Assembly (NCBI GenBank): GCA_017308595.1
Contig: JAFKER010000014.1
Location: 15,062-79,061 of the forward strand
Reading direction: 5' to 3'
DNA length: 64,000 bases
DNA from: Afipia sp.
Lineage (GTDB): Bacteria; Pseudomonadota; Alphaproteobacteria; Rhizobiales; Xanthobacteraceae
The position numbers were made by a program, and so were the translations under genes. The notes beneath the pieces are model-generated. The model saw nothing but the letters and a program-made list of their open reading frames with translations, was not told the DNA's origin and did no database searches. How positions within the stretch are numbered: the first letter of the stretch is position 1; the number at the start of each line of letters is the position of its first letter. This document shows positions 59,124 to 64,000 of the stretch, one piece after another.

Positions 59124-59375
59124 ATGACCGCATTCTCGTCGTCACGAACGCTGCTGCTTGGCCTGGCCGCCTCATTTGCCCTTGCCGCTGCCGCGCGCGC
59201 CGACATTGTCGGGCGCGAATCCGACATCACCGATCTGCGGCTCGGCCAGAAAGTGTATGTCGACGACGGTGCCTGTCCTGCAGGACAGATCAAGGAAGTC
59301 AGCGGACTTCGCCTCGGTACATCCGGTACTGTCGAGAGCGTCAAGAAATGCGTGGATCGCAAGGGCAAGCGGTAG
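59124..59375 (+). CDS. Small secreted protein (DUF6719-like)
   Basis: Signal peptide; KVYVDDGACPAGQIKEV...KKCV; paralogous to 47258..47518. Confidence 0.7.
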   Translation: MTAFSSSRTLLLGLAASFALAAAARADIVGRESDITDLRLGQKVYVDDGACPAGQIKEVSGLRLGTSGTVESVKKCVDRKGKR

Positions 59376-59384
59376 AATTCCTGT

Positions 59385-59537
59385 CCGTCATTGCGAGCCA
59401 AAGGGTCCACACCAAAAGCGTAGTTACGCGTGTCCTGGACGCGCTATGGCGCGGCCCGATGATAAACTCCGCGAAGCAATCCATTCTTCTGTCCAAGACA
59501 TGGATTGCTTCGTGGCTACCGCTCCTCGCAATGACGG
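59385..59537. repeat. Nested REP/MITE-like palindromic element
   Basis: Perfect 13-bp terminal inverted repeats ccgtcattgcgag / ctcgcaatgacgg; inner perfect repeat cgaagcaatccat(59472-59484)/atggattgcttcg(59500-59512). Confidence 0.8.
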
Positions 59538-59561
59538 CATGTGATCTTCTATAAAATCCAA

Positions 59562-60308
59562 CTAGATCGTCCGCCCGCCATCCACCGGCAGGACCACGCC
59601 CGTGATAAAGCCGGCATCGTCCGACGCCAGATACACGCACGCCTTGGCGATGTCCTCCGGCTGTGACATGCGGCCGAGCGGAATGGTCGCAATGAATTTT
59701 GCACGGTTCTCCGGCGTGTCCGGCACACCCATGAAGGTTTCGAGCAACGCCGTCTCGCCCATCACCGGCGCGACGCAGTTGACGCGAATTTTGTCCGGCG
59801 CAAGCTCCGCCGCCATGGCGCCGGAGAGCAGGTTCACCGCGCCCTTTGAGCCGTTGTACCAGGTCAGTCCCGGACGCGGGCGGATGCCGCCGGTCGAGCC
59901 GATGTTGATGATGCAGCCGCCGCCCTGCTTGCGCATCACCGGCACCGCCGCATTGGTCATGTGAAAAATCGATTTGACGTTGACCGCGAACACGCGGTCG
60001 AACTCGTCTTCGGTCACCTCCATGATCGGCTTGTTGCGGAACGACCAGCCTGCATTGTTCACGACGATATCGAGCCGCCCGAACTTCTCGATCGCCAGCG
60101 CAACCGCCTTGTCGATGTCGGGGCGCTTCGACACGTCTCCGGCGATCGCCACCGCGCCGCCAGTGTTCGCGGCAACACGCGCAGCGCCCTCGCCGTTCAG
60201 ATCAACGATGACGACCTTTGCGCCTTCATCCACGAAGTGCCGCGCTATGGCCGCACCAAATCCCGACGCGCCACCGGTGACCAGCGCAACCTTATCCTTG
60301 AGACGCAT
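59562..60308 (-). CDS. Short-chain dehydrogenase/reductase (FabG-like)
   Basis: VTGGASGFG, VNNAG, YNGSK catalytic motif, LPVDGG. Confidence 0.95.
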   Translation of the reverse strand: MRLKDKVALVTGGASGFGAAIARHFVDEGAKVVIVDLNGEGAARVAANTGGAVAIAGDVSKRPDIDKAVALAIEKFGRLDIVVNNAGWSFRNKPIMEVTEDEFDRVFAVNVKSIFHMTNAAVPVMRKQGGGCIINIGSTGGIRPRPGLTWYNGSKGAVNLLSGAMAAELAPDKIRVNCVAPVMGETALLETFMGVPDTPENRAKFIATIPLGRMSQPEDIAKACVYLASDDAGFITGVVLPVDGGRTI

Positions 60309-60562
60309 ATCGCTGCCCTTTGATTGTCGTTGTCGCGAAAGCGTCGATCAAACGGCCTCCAAAGGCAAGCGCGTTACGTCCGATTCGAAATCGCACAAGA
60401 CAATTCGATGACTTATGGCCCAGCTTTTCGTCGTAGATATTCGCAGTTGCAGCGTGACCACAGGTTGCATCGTCCTAGACTTGCAAGGCGCGGCGATGAG
60501 TCCGGGACCGCCGTGATGAACCGACTCCGGACTTCGAAACGGAATCATTTGGAGGCGAAACC

Positions 60563-60853
60563 ATGTCGGGCATGCTTGTCAGTCTGCTGATCCAGATCGT
60601 CGGCGGCGCTATCGGCGGAAACGTCGCGGGTGGTGCGGCGAAGAATATCGATCTCGGAACACTCGGAAACACCATCGCCGGGGCGATCGGCGGCGGCGTG
60701 GGCGGACAAATCCTCGGAATGCTGATTCCGATGCTGGCGAATTCAGCGTCGACGCCGGACATCGGTGCGATCATCGGTCAAGCCGCAGGCGGCGGTGTTG
60801 CCGGAGCTGTGCTGACTGCCATTGTCGGCGCGCTGAAGAACCGGACGGCTTAG
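60563..60853 (+). CDS. Small Gly-rich membrane protein
   Basis: RBS ggagg; glycine-zipper-like helices GAIGGNVAG, GAIGGGVGGQIL. Confidence 0.8.
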   Translation: MSGMLVSLLIQIVGGAIGGNVAGGAAKNIDLGTLGNTIAGAIGGGVGGQILGMLIPMLANSASTPDIGAIIGQAAGGGVAGAVLTAIVGALKNRTA

Positions 60854-60896
60854 AAGCCGCCAAATCTTTTCGCGAAGATCGGAGATTTCTCTCCGA

Positions 60897-60962
60897 TCAT
60901 TCCCGCGCAAGTGGGAATTCGGGAGTTGCGACTGTCTGGGTCCCCGCCCTCGCGGGGACGAC
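60897..60962. repeat. REP-like palindrome (tcattcccgc...gggaat / gtccccgc...gcggggac family)
   Basis: Two short hairpins of the common alphaproteobacterial REP type between convergent genes. Confidence 0.65.
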
Positions 60963-60990
60963 CGGAGCAAAAATCATTCGACAGTCGTTT

Positions 60991-61524
60991 CTATCCCGAA
61001 ATGAAGTCGCCGCATTTCTGGATGGTGTCGCTCGCGCCCCACGGCATGATCGGAACAGACGACGTCGAGTTCTTCGGCGAGCCGTCGATCAGTTTGTCCG
61101 AGTAGACCATGTAGACCAGCACGTTGCGCTTGGTGTCGCAGCCGCGCACGATCTGCATCTTCTTGAAGAACAGCGAGCGGCGCTGGCGGAACATGTCCTC
61201 GCCCTGGCTTGCCTTGGCCTTGAAACGGATCGGCCCGATCTGGCGGCATGACAGGGAAATATCCGAGACCTGCTCGGCCAGCCCCAGCCAGCCGGTATAG
61301 CCGCCCTTCTCCGGGATCGTGAAATGACACGCCACGCCCTCGACGGCGGGATCGTCCACGCCATAGGTCGCGAGTTTATCGTCCGGGCTGAGGAGCTTGA
61401 ACACCGTGGAGCGGCGGAAGATCAGGTCCGGCTCGTCAGCCGCGGCCAGCGGTGTGGCAGCCAGTCCGGCAAAGACGGCGGCCAGCAGCGCGGCGGCAAT
61501 TACGTGGATCGAACGGAAAGACAT
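60991..61524 (-). CDS. creA: CreA-family protein
   Basis: DDPAVEGVACH, SDISLSCRQIGP, SLFFKKMQIVR, LVYMVYSDKLIDGSPKNSTS. Confidence 0.88.
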   Translation of the reverse strand: MSFRSIHVIAAALLAAVFAGLAATPLAAADEPDLIFRRSTVFKLLSPDDKLATYGVDDPAVEGVACHFTIPEKGGYTGWLGLAEQVSDISLSCRQIGPIRFKAKASQGEDMFRQRRSLFFKKMQIVRGCDTKRNVLVYMVYSDKLIDGSPKNSTSSVPIMPWGASDTIQKCGDFISG

Positions 61525-61716
61525 CTTCAGGCTCCACAGGCTCACAACAAGGCCCGGGAGACGCCCGGGCCGGAACCCCTCATGTGGGGTGTCTTCGCCG
61601 GGTTGAAAGGCACGGAATTGTGACCGTTAAGCGCTTTTGAAGGCTGAGCGGCTAGCATTTCAGCAACGTGAATCGCGCAGAATGCGGTAACGAGGCCGAA
61701 TGAACGATTTAGCCGG

Positions 61717-63435
61717 ATGGCGACACTCATACTGGAAGCAATTGAGGAATTTGGCGTGCGCGGCAATCAGTTACCTTTCTCGGGCGTTCTTTATACAGAC
61801 GAGATCCCTTCATCCAGATCCAGCAACGATTTCGGTTCCCGTCCGACCCGTTCCGGGCTGAGGCAGACCGCCTGGGTCGCTGCATTGCTGACCACAGGTT
61901 TTGCGCTTCCTGCGGAGGCCCAGATTTTCTGGCCGATGGATTCCGGCGGCAGCGTCTACGCCGAACCACCATCCTACTCCGAACCGCGCCGCCCCCGGAT
62001 CGCACGCCCGCGCCAAAAACTGCCCGATGCACCGAAGGACACCGCCAAGCCGGTCAGCCCGATCACGGTTGCGATTTCGATCGAGAACCAGACCCTGAAG
62101 CTCTACGACCAGAACGGCCTGTTCGCGGAATCCCCGGTCTCCACCGGCATGCGTGGGCACTCGACGCCGATGGGCGTGTTCAGCATCATCCAGAAAAACA
62201 AGTATCACCGCTCGAACATCTACAGCGGTGCGCCGATGCCCTACATGCAGCGCATCACATGGTCAGGCATCGCCCTCCATGCGGGTGCGCTGCCGGGCTA
62301 TCCCGCATCCCACGGCTGCATCCGCATGCCGATGAACTTCGCGATGCGGATGTGGGGCTGGACCCGCATGGGCGCACGCGTTGTAATCACGCCGGGTGAA
62401 ATCTCCCCGTCCGATATTTCCCATCCGCTGCTGATCTCGCGCAAGCCGGAGACCAAGCCGGTCGCCGCCGTCATCGCACCAGAGAAACATGCGGAGACGA
62501 CGCCGAAATCCGACCGTTCTTCGATTGTCGACGCTGCCGCTCACGAGAAGCCGCAGTTGCGCCTGACTTCCATCCAGGACAGCCAGCCGATCCGCACCGC
62601 CGATGCCAGCGGTGCCCTGCCGCAGAAGAGCGACGCTGGTGACATCGTTGTTGCACAGCGCTGGGACGCAGGCCGCGATGGCTCGCCCGCGCCTGAAGAA
62701 AAAAATGAGGCTTTAAAGGACGGCGTTGCCGCCGCACCGAAGGATGGCGCGGATAGCAGCGGCGCGGCCAAGGACGACGCGGCAAAGACCGATGGCGCAA
62801 ACACCGATGGCAGCAATTCCGGCGACAAGCCTGCGGATGCCAAGCCGGACGACAAGAAGACCGAGGCGCCCGCAGACACTCTGAAGGAAGCCTCGGCGGA
62901 AACTCGCAAGATTGACAAGGATCAGGCTCGCGCCACCGATCCGGTGATGGCAGCCATGGTGCCCCCACCGCTCGAGGGATCGGCAGAGTTCATCGGCCCG
63001 GTGAAGCCGCGCAGCGGTCACCTCGCCGTTTTCATCAGCCGGAAGGAAAACAAGATTTTCGTGCGGCAGAATTTCGAGCCGTGGTTTGAAGCGCCCGTCG
63101 CCATCGCGGCCTCGGACCGTCCGCTCGGCACCCATGTCTTCACGGTGCGCGCCGACAAGACCGATGCCGACGCGTTGCGCTGGTCGGTGGTGTCGCTTCC
63201 TGCACCGCCCCGCGCCGAAGAAACCCCGCGCCGCAAGCACGGCAACCCTGCGGTGGTTACAGCTCCCGCCCCTCCGTCGTCGCCGAAGGAAGCCCTCGAC
63301 CGGCTGACCATTCCCGAAGAGACCATGCAGCGGATCGCCTCGGCGCTCGCGCCCGGCGGCTCGATCACCGTGTCCGACCGTGGTCTTGGCGACGAGACCG
63401 GCCGGGGCACGGACTTCATCGTCCCGCTGCGGTAG
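61717..63435 (+). CDS. L,D-transpeptidase (YkuD) family protein
   Basis: SPVSTG, TPMGVF, PYMQR, IALHAG, ASHGCIRM; charged linker; second YkuD-like C-terminal region. Start uncertain. Confidence 0.9.
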   Translation: MATLILEAIEEFGVRGNQLPFSGVLYTDEIPSSRSSNDFGSRPTRSGLRQTAWVAALLTTGFALPAEAQIFWPMDSGGSVYAEPPSYSEPRRPRIARPRQKLPDAPKDTAKPVSPITVAISIENQTLKLYDQNGLFAESPVSTGMRGHSTPMGVFSIIQKNKYHRSNIYSGAPMPYMQRITWSGIALHAGALPGYPASHGCIRMPMNFAMRMWGWTRMGARVVITPGEISPSDISHPLLISRKPETKPVAAVIAPEKHAETTPKSDRSSIVDAAAHEKPQLRLTSIQDSQPIRTADASGALPQKSDAGDIVVAQRWDAGRDGSPAPEEKNEALKDGVAAAPKDGADSSGAAKDDAAKTDGANTDGSNSGDKPADAKPDDKKTEAPADTLKEASAETRKIDKDQARATDPVMAAMVPPPLEGSAEFIGPVKPRSGHLAVFISRKENKIFVRQNFEPWFEAPVAIAASDRPLGTHVFTVRADKTDADALRWSVVSLPAPPRAEETPRRKHGNPAVVTAPAPPSSPKEALDRLTIPEETMQRIASALAPGGSITVSDRGLGDETGRGTDFIVPLR

Positions 63436-63487
63436 TGGCGGCACATCGTTGGCTTTCGGCGGCGCGTTAAGCTAGAACGCGCCGGTC

Positions 63488-64000
63488 ATGACAGCTTCTC
63501 CCGATAGCCAATCCGCACCGCCCCTCAACGACCCGCGCCGCGATGCCCTCGCCCGGCTGACGCCGTTTGGCTGGCGCGGCGGAATGGCCGTCATCCTGAT
63601 CGGCCTTGCCCTGTCGTTCTTTCTCGCCGGTTATTTCGTCGTCTACTGGCGCAATGCCGACATGGATTTCATGATCGTCTACAACGCGCTTGTCCTGAAC
63701 GACGGCAAGCCGCAGGCATTCTTCGATCATCCGTCCTATTTCACCATCCTGTCCGTGAAAACCTGGTTTCAGTTGATGCACGCGCTGGGACTGCTCGATG
63801 CGTGGAAACTGTCTGCAATCCCGTCGGCGTTGAACGTTCCCGGCTTCGATGCCGCGATGACCAGCGCCGTGCGCGCGGGGCGCATCGTTGCGTGGCTGAC
63901 CGCGACGCTCTTTGTCGTTGTTTTTGCGGCTCTCGCGCGCCGCGTTTTCAGGGATTGGCGGATCGCGCTGCTCGCGACCTTCGCCTTCGCATTTTCCGGC
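63488..64000 (+). CDS. Integral membrane protein, truncated by the window edge (possibly GT-C glycosyltransferase-like)
   Basis: Translated by hand; open frame from ATG 63488 to the edge, with TM helices and YWRNADMD...FFDHP loop motifs. Confidence 0.6.
   Translation, partial: MTASPDSQSAPPLNDPRRDALARLTPFGWRGGMAVILIGLALSFFLAGYFVVYWRNADMDFMIVYNALVLNDGKPQAFFDHPSYFTILSVKTWFQLMHALGLLDAWKLSAIPSALNVPGFDAAMTSAVRAGRIVAWLTATLFVVVFAALARRVFRDWRIALLATFAFAFSG

Overview
High-GC alphaproteobacterial chromosome segment. Gene content and repeat families point to Bradyrhizobiaceae/Nitrobacteraceae (inference). The left third is largely core: PBP1A, amidase, RNase E, an aminotransferase, M48 protease-DsbA, aroQ-accB-accC, a CHASE3 kinase/response regulator/REC-HisKA_2 kinase triad, aat, DUF2155, NDUFA12, MscS, two BA14K genes, an autotransporter and the class II ribonucleotide reductase nrdJ with two NrdR boxes. 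Directly behind the nrdJ terminator is a ~2 kb low-GC island (about 29.73-31.72 kb). It encodes a minimal type I CBASS-like anti-phage module: an SMODS/CD-NTase nucleotidyltransferase and an overlapping SLATT 2TM effector. The module is preceded by an unassigned 67-aa HTH-like gene, a ~150-nt stretch that appears to fold into RNA structure, and a near-consensus alphaproteobacterial LexA box. This is the most interesting part of the window. The right half is a mosaic of accessory genes: orphan TTT and ABC binding proteins, truncated haemoglobin, Cys-rich and zinc-ribbon miniproteins, an RND pair, a porin, ClpS, CreA and an L,D-transpeptidase. It also carries a cluster of sigma-EcfG-type promoter motifs, one perfect FixK/Fnr box and several REP/MITE-like palindromes. 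I found no tRNA, rRNA, CRISPR array, integrase or transposase. All calls come from reading motifs by eye; no database searches were run.
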